64,000 nt of DNA from Acidobacteriota bacterium (GCA_016210845.1 JACQTK010000041.1:1781-65780); one strand, 5' to 3'. Positions 17,463-26,340 are shown, numbered from the stretch's first letter. Notes: generated by a model not told the origin, from the letters alone. Program-made: numbers and translations.

Positions 17463-17765
17463 ATGGCCAAACTGAAGAGCGAGATCGAGGTGACCTGCCC
17501 CTGCTGCCGCAGCGCGCTGGTCATCGACCTCAACCTGGGTCGCGTCGTCTCGCACCGTGAGCCGGAGCGCGGCGACAAGCCGGAGCTGGACGAGGCGGCC
17601 CGCATCCTGGCGGCCGAGGCGGCGCGCCGCGAGGCCTTGTTCCAGCAGTCGGTCGAGGCGGAAAAGGGCCGCGGCGATGCGCTGGCCAAGCGCTTCGAGG
17701 AGGCGCTGCGCCAGGCCAAGGAAGAGCCGATCACGAGGCCCACGCGCGATTTCGACCTCGATTGA
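17463..17765 (+). CDS. small zinc-ribbon/coiled-coil protein, hypothetical
   Basis: Track ORF with an N-terminal CPCC motif and an Ala/Glu/Arg-rich helical remainder. Confidence 0.5.
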   Translation: MAKLKSEIEVTCPCCRSALVIDLNLGRVVSHREPERGDKPELDEAARILAAEAARREALFQQSVEAEKGRGDALAKRFEEALRQAKEEPITRPTRDFDLD

Positions 17766-17772
17766 GTGGGCG

Positions 17773-18483
17773 TCATCCTCGGCGCCTGAACTGCTCAGGG
17801 AGCTCGGTCCAGCGCTCCCGCCCCGCATAGGACGTCCATGGCTTGTAGCCATGGAGCTCGCGAAACGCGCGATACCGCCGCCGGAGCCGGTCGGCACGCC
17901 GATCGGACGAGACGATCGGGCGATGCGGCCAATCCAGCAGCACCCGCTCCACCTTCCACATGTTGCCCCTCGCCAGCCGCCAGTCGTAGCCGCCCAGCCC
18001 GCGGAGATCGACCACCGCGTACGCCTTGATGCGCCCCGTGAGGTCGATGTAGCCCTCGAAGTAACTGAGCGCGAGCGCCCGCGGGGTGGCGAAGCGCGGC
18101 TTGCGGCCGTGCAGCCCGGGATCCCGCGACCGGGCCACCGATCCCCATCCCTGCGACCCGCGGTACACGAAGATCACGTGGTCCAGCAGATCGATCGACT
18201 CGAAGCTCAGCACGAGCGGCGGATAGCGGTGCTGCTCCAGGATCACGGCGGCGGCCAGCGCCGCCTCCAGGCAGTGCACCGTGCCCGTGCGCACCACGCC
18301 CCGAAAGCTGCGGAGCGTTTCACCGGCCGTCTCCATGTTGTACGGGAGCGCGTTGAGCCATCGCTGCACCGCGGTGGGCGTGCGCAGCCTGGCGATGAGG
18401 CGCCGCTCCCTCGCCGTGAATGGCAGCGCCGGCGGGTCCGCCGGATCAGTTCGCGGGAGCGGGAGCCGCTTGGAGGTCGGCAA
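17773..18483 (-). CDS. conserved hypothetical protein
   Basis: Track ORF with non-biased composition (…VHCLEAALAAAVILEQHRYPPLVL…DHVIFVY…). The start is uncertain: TTG 18483 overlaps the SCO gene by 38 nt. Confidence 0.6.
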   Translation of the reverse strand: MPTSKRLPLPRTDPADPPALPFTARERRLIARLRTPTAVQRWLNALPYNMETAGETLRSFRGVVRTGTVHCLEAALAAAVILEQHRYPPLVLSFESIDLLDHVIFVYRGSQGWGSVARSRDPGLHGRKPRFATPRALALSYFEGYIDLTGRIKAYAVVDLRGLGGYDWRLARGNMWKVERVLLDWPHRPIVSSDRRADRLRRRYRAFRELHGYKPWTSYAGRERWTELPEQFRRRG

Positions 18484-19309
18484 CGAGTTCGGCCGGCGTC
18501 CACATGTTGCCGGAGCGGACGGAGACGAGGCGCCCGTCGGGATCGATCACCGCCGTCCGCAGGTTGTGCACGAGCATGTCGCCCGGCGCACCTGGAGGCT
18601 CGGCGGTCACGCCGAATCGCTTTGCGAAGCTCAAGACCTCCTCACGGTCCCCCGTGACGAAGTGCCAGCGCCGAGGATCGGCCCCCACGCGCTGCGCGTG
18701 CGCCTTCAGCACGTCAGGTGTGTCGACCTCCGGATCGAGGGTCACGGAGACGAGCCGCACGTCAGCCAGCTCGGGAGCCTCCGCGACGGCCTTCTGGACC
18801 TCCACGAAGTTTCGATCCATCCGGGGGCAGAAGTCGGGCAGCGGACAGCGCGTATACATGAACGTGAGCGCCACGCGGTGGCCCCGCAGCGATACCATCA
18901 GACGCGGGATCCGATCCTGGTCGACGAGGACGTGGTCGGGTACCGTGTCGCCTTCCTCGAGCAGATCCGCCGCCGTCAGGATCGGCCCAGCGGGCGGCGT
19001 CTCGATGGGGGCGTGTCCCGTTCGCGTGAGCGTCGACAGGTACGCGTCGACTTCCTCGACCACGAGCGTGGCCGTGAACAGGTCGCCCGGCTCCTTCCCC
19101 TCCAGCAGCGCCGCATCCCGCACCCGATAGGGCATCGTCATGGCCGCCATGAAGCCAGGGATGTCCTCGTGACTGACGAGCACTTCCCGCCGCTCGGGGT
19201 CGATGCGGAGGATCTGGCCCTTCACCTCGTACTGCCGCGGCTCGGGCGCACGGCTGCAGGCGCCCGCCGCCAGCGCCGCCACGAGCGCGATTCCAGCGAT
19301 TCGCCCCAT
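18446..19309 (-). CDS. SCO1/SenC-family copper chaperone lipoprotein with N-terminal Met-rich Cu-binding segment
   Basis: Internal ATG (MGRIAGIALVAALAAGAC) of track ORF 18446..19426. Has PGFMAAMTMPYRV and a thioredoxin-fold part with YTRCPLPDFCP. Confidence 0.8.
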   Translation of the reverse strand: MGRIAGIALVAALAAGACSRAPEPRQYEVKGQILRIDPERREVLVSHEDIPGFMAAMTMPYRVRDAALLEGKEPGDLFTATLVVEEVDAYLSTLTRTGHAPIETPPAGPILTAADLLEEGDTVPDHVLVDQDRIPRLMVSLRGHRVALTFMYTRCPLPDFCPRMDRNFVEVQKAVAEAPELADVRLVSVTLDPEVDTPDVLKAHAQRVGADPRRWHFVTGDREEVLSFAKRFGVTAEPPGAPGDMLVHNLRTAVIDPDGRLVSVRSGNMWTPAELVADLQAAPAPAN

Positions 19310-19320
19310 GTGATTAACTC

Positions 19321-19475
19321 TACCAGCCAAGGGCTGCCCGTGATACCCCTGGTGGCACCCTTGGCTGGTAGACCAGTATCTGCTTGGCGCGCTCCGCGCG
19401 CCTGGGACCGCTATGCGGCTCCCCACGAGGCCGTATCCGGTCCGATGTCCGTCATATGGAGCCGCATAGCGGTCC
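19321..19475 (+). repeat. three-hairpin composite element, copy 6
   Basis: A-B-C order with a perfect 18-bp C stem. It fills 155 of the 167 nt between divergent starts 19309 and 19477. Confidence 0.9.
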
Positions 19476-19476
19476 G

Positions 19477-20187
19477 ATGATCTGGATCGGGACGTCCGGC
19501 TACAACTACCCGGAGTGGAAGGGCGCCTTCTATCCGGAGACGCTGTCCGCGGGGAAGATGCTCCCGTACTATGCCGAGCACTTCCCGACGGTCGAGATCA
19601 ACTACACGTTCTACCGGACGCCGAACGAGAAGATCCTCGACGGCTGGAACAGGGCCACGCCCGACCGCTTCAAGCTGACGCTCAAGGCGCCGCGGCGGAT
19701 CACGCACGACGCCAGGCTCCGTGACTGCGGCGATCGTGTGCGGCAGTTTCTCGAGACCTCCGCCACGCTCGGGCCCAAGCTCGGCGCCCTGCTGTTCCAG
19801 TTCCCGCCCAGCCTGAAAAAAGATCTCGCGCTGTTCGACGCGTTCCTCGACACCTTCCCACCCCGGGTCTGCGCGGCCTTCGAGTTCCGACACACCTCCT
19901 GGCTGGACGCGGCGATCTACGAGCGCCTCCACGCGCGGAACCTGGCGCTCTGCGTGGCCGACAGCCAGAAGCTCTCGACGCCGGTGGAGATCACCGCCGA
20001 CTACGCGTACTTCCGTCTCCGTGACGAGGGGTACACCGCGGCGGATATCGATCGCTGGGCGGAGGCCATCGCGGAGCGAACGAAGGCGTGCGGCGACGCC
20101 TTCGTGTACTTCAAGCACGAGGAATCGGGGAAGGGGCCGGAGTTCGCGAAGATGCTGATGGAGTGCCTCGGAATCGGGCCGACTTAA
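19477..20187 (+). CDS. DUF72 family protein (YecE-like)
   Basis: Internal ATG (MIWIGTSGYNYPEWKGAFYP...) of track ORF 19384..20187. The N-terminus is typical of DUF72. Confidence 0.85.
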   Translation: MIWIGTSGYNYPEWKGAFYPETLSAGKMLPYYAEHFPTVEINYTFYRTPNEKILDGWNRATPDRFKLTLKAPRRITHDARLRDCGDRVRQFLETSATLGPKLGALLFQFPPSLKKDLALFDAFLDTFPPRVCAAFEFRHTSWLDAAIYERLHARNLALCVADSQKLSTPVEITADYAYFRLRDEGYTAADIDRWAEAIAERTKACGDAFVYFKHEESGKGPEFAKMLMECLGIGPT

Positions 20188-20282
20188 AGGTCGGCCCCTA
20201 CATCGACTCCGTTCCCGCGCGTGTAGGGGCCGACCTTCAGGTCGGCCCGTGTGCCGGCCAGGTCGGCCCGTATGTCGGACCG
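20176..20282. repeat. REP-like cluster; both convergent genes stop in its first loop
   Basis: Reads gggccgacTTAAAGgtcggccc CTACA...TGTAG gggccgacCTTCAGgtcggccc plus partial copies. Confidence 0.85.
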
Positions 20283-21260
20283 AGCGTGGGCGTTGGCGAA
20301 TCTCACGATCTCGCGTTCGGCCCAGTAGCCGTCGTAGTCGCGTCCGGCGCGCTCGAGGTAGGCGCAGTGTCCGCCGTGCGGCGTCACCACCACGGTGATG
20401 AACGGGTTGCGTGTGACCGGGGGGTCGCGGAAGGCGGCCACGGGCACGAAGGGGTCGTCTTCGGCGGTCAGCACCAGGGTCGGCACGCGCACGCGGTCGA
20501 TGACGCGCAGTGCGCTGGCCCGATGGTAGTAGTCGTCGGCGTCGCGGAACCCGTGATGCGGCGCGGTGTAGACCTCGTCGAACTGGCGCACGGTCCGGAC
20601 GCGCCGCAGCGGCTCCAGCGAGTACGCCGCGGGAAACGCCGCCGCCTTCCGCCGCATCCGGGCTTTCAGGTTGCGGACGAAGTTCCACTGATACACGACG
20701 TTGGCGCGGCGTTCGAGCGCCCGCACGCACCCCGCCAGATCCAGCGTCGGCGACACGGCGCACACCGCGTTGAGGGCCGCTGGGGCCGCATCGCTCAGCT
20801 CACCCGCCAGCTTCAGGGCCAGATTGCCGCCCAGCGAGTAGCCCGCCACCGCTATCGACTGAATGCCGTCCCGCTCGACGAGCTCGCGGAGGACGAACAG
20901 CGGATCGTGCGTCAGGCCGGAGTGGTACAGGCCGCGGGACAGGCGCTCGGTGCCGCCGCAGTTGCGCTGATTCAGCCGGACCACGTTCCAGCCCGCCGCC
21001 CAGGCCTTGTCGGCCACGCCGCACATGTAGTGGGCCTGGCTCGATCCCTCGAGGCCGTGGAGCAGGATGAGCGCAGGATGGTCCTGCGGCCGCACGTGCC
21101 AGTGGCAATGCGCGAGCACGCGCGCATCGGCGGCCGCGTCGAAGTACCGCTCGGCTGGCGGCGGCAGCGATCGGAACCGGCGGCGGCGCGCCCAGGCGTA
21201 CAGCGTTTGCGTGTGGCCGCCCGTGAAGCGCGGGCGGTAGGGAGACACCGCGAACGTCAC
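20184..21260 (-). CDS. alpha/beta hydrolase (YheT-like)
   Basis: Has LLHGLEGS and the nucleophile elbow GYSLGGN. The last 30 or so codons translate REP DNA. Confidence 0.85.
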   Translation of the reverse strand: MTFAVSPYRPRFTGGHTQTLYAWARRRRFRSLPPPAERYFDAAADARVLAHCHWHVRPQDHPALILLHGLEGSSQAHYMCGVADKAWAAGWNVVRLNQRNCGGTERLSRGLYHSGLTHDPLFVLRELVERDGIQSIAVAGYSLGGNLALKLAGELSDAAPAALNAVCAVSPTLDLAGCVRALERRANVVYQWNFVRNLKARMRRKAAAFPAAYSLEPLRRVRTVRQFDEVYTAPHHGFRDADDYYHRASALRVIDRVRVPTLVLTAEDDPFVPVAAFRDPPVTRNPFITVVVTPHGGHCAYLERAGRDYDGYWAEREIVRFANAHARSDIRADLAGTRADLKVGPYTRGNGVDVGADL

Positions 21261-21263
21261 GGG

Positions 21264-23099
21264 TCAGCGCACGACCTGGAAGGCCACCCGCTGCTGGATC
21301 TCCGAATCGCCCGCGCTCGCCGTGAGACGCAGGACGTAGGTGCTGGGGGCGAGGCTCGAGATCGGCAGGGTGAGGCGAGTCTTGCCGCCCGAGACCGGGG
21401 GCACGGGAAGCTCCACGAGCGTCTCGCCTTTCCCGTTCAGCAGGTGCGCGGCCACGGACGGCGTGTCCGCGCCCGCGGCATAGCATTCGACCTCGACGAC
21501 CACGCGATCCGTGGTCCGGAAGCGCCGCGTCGCCGAGGGCGCACGGTCCGTGCCCGCCGCGAGCGCCCGCGCCTCGAACGCGGTTTGCGCCCTGAACACG
21601 CGGGGCGTACCCATCACGAGGCCGCCGCCGCCAAGCGCCGGTACGGTGACCGGCTTCGTCCAGCGCTCGAGGATCTCGCCGTCGGCAGCCAGCGCGGAGA
21701 ACCGCAGCAGGAAGGAGGTGCCAGGGCGCAGGTGGAACGTCGCCGCCGATGGCGAATCGCTCGATACCGCGGCGGCATTGAGGATCGACTGGAGGTCGCC
21801 GATGGGCTCCTGCGTGGCGCTGTCGAGTGGCTCCACGGTAAGACGCGCGGGCCTCGACACGTCAGCGGCGTCCGCCGGATCCCACGACACCGTCAGCCGG
21901 GTCGTCGACTCCGGGCCTCGGGTGGCGCCAATCCAGACGTCGGCCGCGCGCCCGGTCACCGGGGTGGCGAGGGCGGCGAGCGCGTCCGCAAGCCCTGGCT
22001 CGGCCGGCGTGGGGTCGGGGGCGTTGACCTCCTCAGCCGTTGGCGCCCAGTACCCGTTCCGCGCGAGCACGCGGACGCCTTCTCGCTTGACGCGCACGTC
22101 GATCCGATGGAACTTGCCGTCGGCCAGCGCCCGCGTGGGGGAGTAGCCGACCAGGTAGTAGGCGCTGGCGTCGGTGACGACCTGGCGCATGCGCTCAGCG
22201 GTCCCGTTGGCGTTGAAGAACTCGCGTCCTCCGGTCTCGGTGCGCAGCCGCTGCAGGACGTCGCGGCCGCCTCGTCCCGCGAAGCCGAACGGCTGCGGAT
22301 CGTAGACGTGGATCGTGACGTTGCCCCGATTGGCGGCCTGCAGCACCTCGCGCAGCCCCTTCTCGTTCGGGCTCCCGGGAAACGTGGGCGGCCCCTGACT
22401 CACGAACAGCACCGACTTGCGGCCCTCGCGGAGCCCGCCAAGATGGCTCACCAGGGCGCTCAGCGCGGAGATGGTGACGCCCGCCCGGATCTCGATCACG
22501 TTCCGCTGTCCCTGCTGCTCGGCCTCGGCCGCGTTGCGCGGCGGCAGCGATCGGCCGCGGCGCCCTTCGAACCTGTCGATGCGGACCTGCAGATCGTCGA
22601 TCGAGCGCGTGAACCGCAGCGCGCTCAGCGGGGTGAGCGGATCCATGATGGTCACGAGATCGTTCGGGCCGATCTGCTTCAGCAGCTCCTTGAGCTCGCG
22701 CTTGGCGCGGCTCGCGATCTCGGGGTTCCAGTCGACGTGGTAGTCGTCCAGGAAGATCGCGAACACCCGCACATCGTCTCGAGCCGCCTCGGCCGCGGCG
22801 TGCTCGGGCGATCGAATCTCGAGCGACTCTCCCAGGTCGGTGGTTCGGGTGCCGTCGAGCGAGACGAACTGCACGGTCTCGACTGCCTGCGGAATGCCGT
22901 CTTCGTCGATCTCGAAGTCGGAGGCCTGGAGGTCGGTGACCGGCGCGTCGTCGCGTCCCGTGACCGAGATGTCGACCCGCACGAGCGCCACGCTCGATCG
23001 GAACGTGGGCTGCGTTTGCGAAGGATCCTGGGCATGCCCGACGGCCGACGCGGCGACGACGAGGCCCGGGATGAGCGCGAGCGGTGACGACCTCTTCAT
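21264..23099 (-). CDS. VWA domain-containing secreted protein (acidobacterial VWFA-related, TIGR03436-like)
   Basis: Has a signal peptide, then FRSSVALVRVDISVTGRD..PVTDLQASDFEIDEDG and a VWA-like core. Confidence 0.8.
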   Translation of the reverse strand: MKRSSPLALIPGLVVAASAVGHAQDPSQTQPTFRSSVALVRVDISVTGRDDAPVTDLQASDFEIDEDGIPQAVETVQFVSLDGTRTTDLGESLEIRSPEHAAAEAARDDVRVFAIFLDDYHVDWNPEIASRAKRELKELLKQIGPNDLVTIMDPLTPLSALRFTRSIDDLQVRIDRFEGRRGRSLPPRNAAEAEQQGQRNVIEIRAGVTISALSALVSHLGGLREGRKSVLFVSQGPPTFPGSPNEKGLREVLQAANRGNVTIHVYDPQPFGFAGRGGRDVLQRLRTETGGREFFNANGTAERMRQVVTDASAYYLVGYSPTRALADGKFHRIDVRVKREGVRVLARNGYWAPTAEEVNAPDPTPAEPGLADALAALATPVTGRAADVWIGATRGPESTTRLTVSWDPADAADVSRPARLTVEPLDSATQEPIGDLQSILNAAAVSSDSPSAATFHLRPGTSFLLRFSALAADGEILERWTKPVTVPALGGGGLVMGTPRVFRAQTAFEARALAAGTDRAPSATRRFRTTDRVVVEVECYAAGADTPSVAAHLLNGKGETLVELPVPPVSGGKTRLTLPISSLAPSTYVLRLTASAGDSEIQQRVAFQVVR

Positions 23100-24586
23100 G
23101 GTGACGCCTGCCGAAGCGAATAGATGCGGAACCGGTCGTTGCGATACGCGAGCGGCAACGGCAGATCGGCTTCCGTAATCAGATAGTCCAGATCATAGCG
23201 TGCGGCGAGGGTGGCGGCGCGATCGGCGGTCAGGGCGGCAAAATCGCCGAGCGCCGAGACGCGGTCCACGAACCGGACGGCGACGTCGCGGGAGTAGATC
23301 GCCAGCGCCGAGTCCTTGACCTCTTCCAGCAGCACGTCGCGCTCGGCCGAGACGCGCGCGCTGGTGCCGTACTTCCAGGCATGGCCCGGATCGGCCAGCA
23401 GATGCACGTCGCGGGGCTGGCGGGCCACCCAGCGCATGGCGTCCTCCCAGGGCGACTGCTCGATCCCGACTGCGAACAGGGCCCGCTCGGGGCGCTCGAC
23501 GAGCATGATGTAGGCGCCGCGGGCCGCGGACAACGCCACCAGCAGCGCGGCCGTCACAACGGCAAGGCGGGGCGCGGCCGCCCCCTCCCGCCGGCCGTCC
23601 GCCACAACCCCGATCACGTAGACCGTCGCCAGGAAGTCGACGAGCCAGAACACGCGCGAAATCTGGAACTGCACCGCGAGCGAGAGTCCAGCCGCCACCG
23701 CGGGGAGCGTCGCGAGGAAGAGGGCCACGAGCGCTGTGGCCCCCCAGACGAGCGCGGCATCCTCGCGTGTGGCGTCGCCACGACGCGACCGGATCCGGTG
23801 CGCCCACCAGAGCAGCCCGAGAAAGGCCAGGTTGGCGGCCCAGGCCCAGACCGGCCACGCGGTGGCAAAGAGCGAGTCCTTGCTGGCGACGGCCTGCAGC
23901 CACGTGTCGTCCATGCCCGTCAGTGCTGCCTGCAGCGGCCCCGCCGCCACGGCCCACACGAGGCCAGCCAGCGCGCCCCCTGCCGCCACCACGGCGAGGC
24001 GCCGCATCCGGGCGTCGAGCGTCGCCAGCGCCACCCCGACGAGCACGGCAAACCAGAGCGCCGTCGTGACGTGGACGACGGCGGACGCGGCCACCAGCGC
24101 CACGGCAGTCCACCCGCGGCGGCGAAGCAGGGCGGCCACGGCCAGCGCGCCAAGACCGAAGGCCAGCATGCGCGGATGGAAGTACGGCTCGAACGAGTTG
24201 GCGCTCGTGCGTGGGATGCGATGGCGCATCGTGAATGCCGCCGCCAGCGCCGCGGTCGCCCACCCGTGGTGATACACGCGCGCGCCGATCAGCACCAGGG
24301 CCGCCCACGTCAGCATCAGCGACGCCACGTAGCCTGCGAGGAACAGCGCATCGAGCGGCAGCCCGCTGGCGCGGACCAGGCCGGCCAGTACCTCGTCCAC
24401 GAGCATCAGACGGCCCTGCGCGTCGATCAGCGCGGCGTCGCGCGGAAAGGCCGAGCCGTCGAGCGCGCGCACGACGACGGGAATGTACAGAGCTTGATCG
24501 GACACGCCGTACCGGTAGCCGGCGCCGTTGGCCGTCGCCAGCAGAACGAACGTGCTTGCGCCAAGACTGAAGAAGAGCAGCTTCAC
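23096..24586 (-). CDS. polytopic integral membrane protein, function unknown
   Basis: Track ORF 23096..24703 with at least 10 hydrophobic segments. GTG 24586 is preferred because upstream codons translate the GGCCCC repeats. ATGA overlap with the VWA gene. Confidence 0.7.
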   Translation of the reverse strand: MKLLFFSLGASTFVLLATANGAGYRYGVSDQALYIPVVVRALDGSAFPRDAALIDAQGRLMLVDEVLAGLVRASGLPLDALFLAGYVASLMLTWAALVLIGARVYHHGWATAALAAAFTMRHRIPRTSANSFEPYFHPRMLAFGLGALAVAALLRRRGWTAVALVAASAVVHVTTALWFAVLVGVALATLDARMRRLAVVAAGGALAGLVWAVAAGPLQAALTGMDDTWLQAVASKDSLFATAWPVWAWAANLAFLGLLWWAHRIRSRRGDATREDAALVWGATALVALFLATLPAVAAGLSLAVQFQISRVFWLVDFLATVYVIGVVADGRREGAAAPRLAVVTAALLVALSAARGAYIMLVERPERALFAVGIEQSPWEDAMRWVARQPRDVHLLADPGHAWKYGTSARVSAERDVLLEEVKDSALAIYSRDVAVRFVDRVSALGDFAALTADRAATLAARYDLDYLITEADLPLPLAYRNDRFRIYSLRQASP

Positions 24587-24591
24587 AGCAG

Positions 24592-24682
24592 GCCCCAGGC
24601 CCCGGGCCTCAGGGCCCAGGGCTGTCTCGGGAACCAGACCTGGGGCCTGGCTGAGGCCAGGGGGCTGAGCCCTGGGGCCTTC
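24592..24682. repeat. long imperfect hairpin built from GGCCCCA-type short repeats
   Basis: AGGCCCCAGGCCCC... pairs with ...CCCTGGGGCCT. Lies directly downstream of the DinB-like gene. Confidence 0.7.
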
Positions 24683-25178
24683 AGAACGCGCGTTCGTCAG
24701 CACTCGGTCCGTAGATCGACGGAATCGGCACGTCGAGCATCCGGAGGTAGACGCTCAACTGGCCGCGATGGTGCACCAGATGGTTGAGCACGAACGAGCG
24801 CCATACCGCCGCCTTCGGCATCGAGAAGATCACGTGGCCGTCCCGCTTCAGCGACCAGGTGGCCATCAGCTCGGCGTCGGTCTTGCCGACGAGCGCGGCG
24901 CGGGTACCGGCGGCGTGGGCGTCGAAGGCGGCAAGGAGATCGGCCTTCGACGGCGGGACACCGGGCGGCGGCCCGGTCGTGATGTCGACTTCGGGGTGGT
25001 TGACGGTCATCGCCCCCCACATGGGAATGGTGGCGACGTGCGCGGCGAGCTGGCACAGGGAATACGACTTCGCGTGCGGCTTCCAGTCGAACTTCTTCTC
25101 CGGCAGCCGCTCGAGCAGCTTGCGCGTGGTCGTCATCTCGCGATCGAACTCGGGCAGCAGCGCATCGACCAGAGGCAT
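24681..25178 (-). CDS. DinB-family protein
   Basis: Track ORF with a four-helix DinB pattern (LAAHVATIP ... LNHLVHHRGQLSVYLR). Confidence 0.8.
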   Translation of the reverse strand: MPLVDALLPEFDREMTTTRKLLERLPEKKFDWKPHAKSYSLCQLAAHVATIPMWGAMTVNHPEVDITTGPPPGVPPSKADLLAAFDAHAAGTRAALVGKTDAELMATWSLKRDGHVIFSMPKAAVWRSFVLNHLVHHRGQLSVYLRMLDVPIPSIYGPSADERAF

Positions 25179-25191
25179 GGGGCGACTGCGG

Positions 25192-25419
25192 TCAGGACGG
25201 TTGACGGCCGAAGTCCACCCGCGGCACGCGCTCGGCCTCGGGCGGCGCGTTGAAGACCGGGTACTCCTCGAACCCGAAGAGGCCCGCCGTGATGTTCGAC
25301 GGGAACTGCCGCCGCAGCGTGTTGTACTGGGAGACGAAGCGGTTGTACGAGCAGCCGGACGACAGCACGGCCGCTGCCGCCAGCACCGCCACGCCGGCGG
25401 GTCGAGTCATCGCGTTCAT
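25192..25419 (-). CDS. LemA-like lipoprotein remnant (signal peptide fused to the last 50 or so aa of LemA)
   Basis: MNAMTRPAGVAVLAAAAVLSSGC then YNRFVSQYNTLRRQFPSNITAGLFGFEEYPVF...PRVDF. This is 75 aa against about 185 aa expected. Confidence 0.5.
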   Translation of the reverse strand: MNAMTRPAGVAVLAAAAVLSSGCSYNRFVSQYNTLRRQFPSNITAGLFGFEEYPVFNAPPEAERVPRVDFGRQPS

Positions 25420-25451
25420 CGTGTGCGCCTCGCCTTGACCGTCAACGCGTT

Positions 25452-25597
25452 GGACCGCTATGCGGCCCGGAACGCGAATTTTGTTCTCGTTGTGCCCTCC
25501 GCATAGCGGTCCTCGCCGCGCGAAGCGCGGCAGAAAAATACTGGCACCCAGCCAAGGGGCTCCGGGGATATCAAGGGGCGGAGCCCCTTGGCTGGTT
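25452..25597 (-). repeat. three-hairpin composite element, copy 7
   Basis: C-B-A order on the plus strand. The A loop is nearly identical to copies 2 and 8. Confidence 0.9.
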
Positions 25598-25649
25598 TCC
25601 ACTTTCTACTCACTTTCCACTTTCCACTTTTGACTTTTCACCTTACAGG

Positions 25650-26340
25650 CTACCACCTTGCTCCGCCGCCGCCGCCGCTCCGTCCGCCCCCGAAACCGCC
25701 AAAGCCGCCGCCAAAGCCCCCAACGCCGCCCCCGAACGGGCCGACGCCGCTGTGCCAGCCGCTCCATGGTCCGCCGCCCCACCGCCGCCGCCGATGGAAT
25801 CGCCGGCCGCCCCGCAGGCGGGCGGCAATCGCGCTGAGCACCAGCATGGAGACGAACATGATCACCAGGAGGCCCGCTCCGGGCTCGACACCAGGCACGC
25901 GCGGCTGAGGGGAGGGCACCCCTGGCAGCGCGACGTTGCGTCGCTCTGCGACGCGTTCAACGATGCGTGAGACGCCGGCCAGCAGTCCCGCTCCATAGTT
26001 GCCGCGGCGGAACTCGGGCGCCATGTACCGTCGGCTCGTCTCGCCCGCGAAGCCGTCGGTGATGAACTCCTCGAGGTCGTAGCCGACCTCCACCCAGACG
26101 TCACGGTCCTCGACCGCCAGCACGATCAGCAGGCCGTTGTCCTTGCCGCGCTGGCCGATGCCGCGCCCCCGGTTCTCGAACAGCGCGTTGGCGTACTCGC
26201 GAATGTCGGCGTAGGGGGCGTACGTGTCGACGGCAGCGACGACCACCACGTCGCCGCTGGCGCGCTGAAGCGAGCGGACGAGCGCGTCCATCGCCTGCTC
26301 GCTGGCTGGGGAAAGCGGCCGGTAAGAGGAAAGGGCGCGT
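25650..26340 (-). pseudogene. TPM-domain (YgcG-like) protein, 5'-truncated at the island junction
   Basis: Track ORF 25650..26291 has a TPM core (...NGLLIVLAVEDRDVWVEVGYDLEEF...), a TM segment and a Gly-rich tail. The signal peptide and first 30 or so aa are missing, and homology fades around 26.30-26.34 kb. Confidence 0.6.

Noticed and set aside
19463-19479. CATAGC inside hairpin C acting as a -10 box for leaderless ATGs placed 6 nt downstream.
   Set aside because: The spacing fits, but the hexamer matches TATAAT at only 3 of 6 positions and lacks the terminal T. It stays a hypothesis under the three-hairpin finding and is not annotated.
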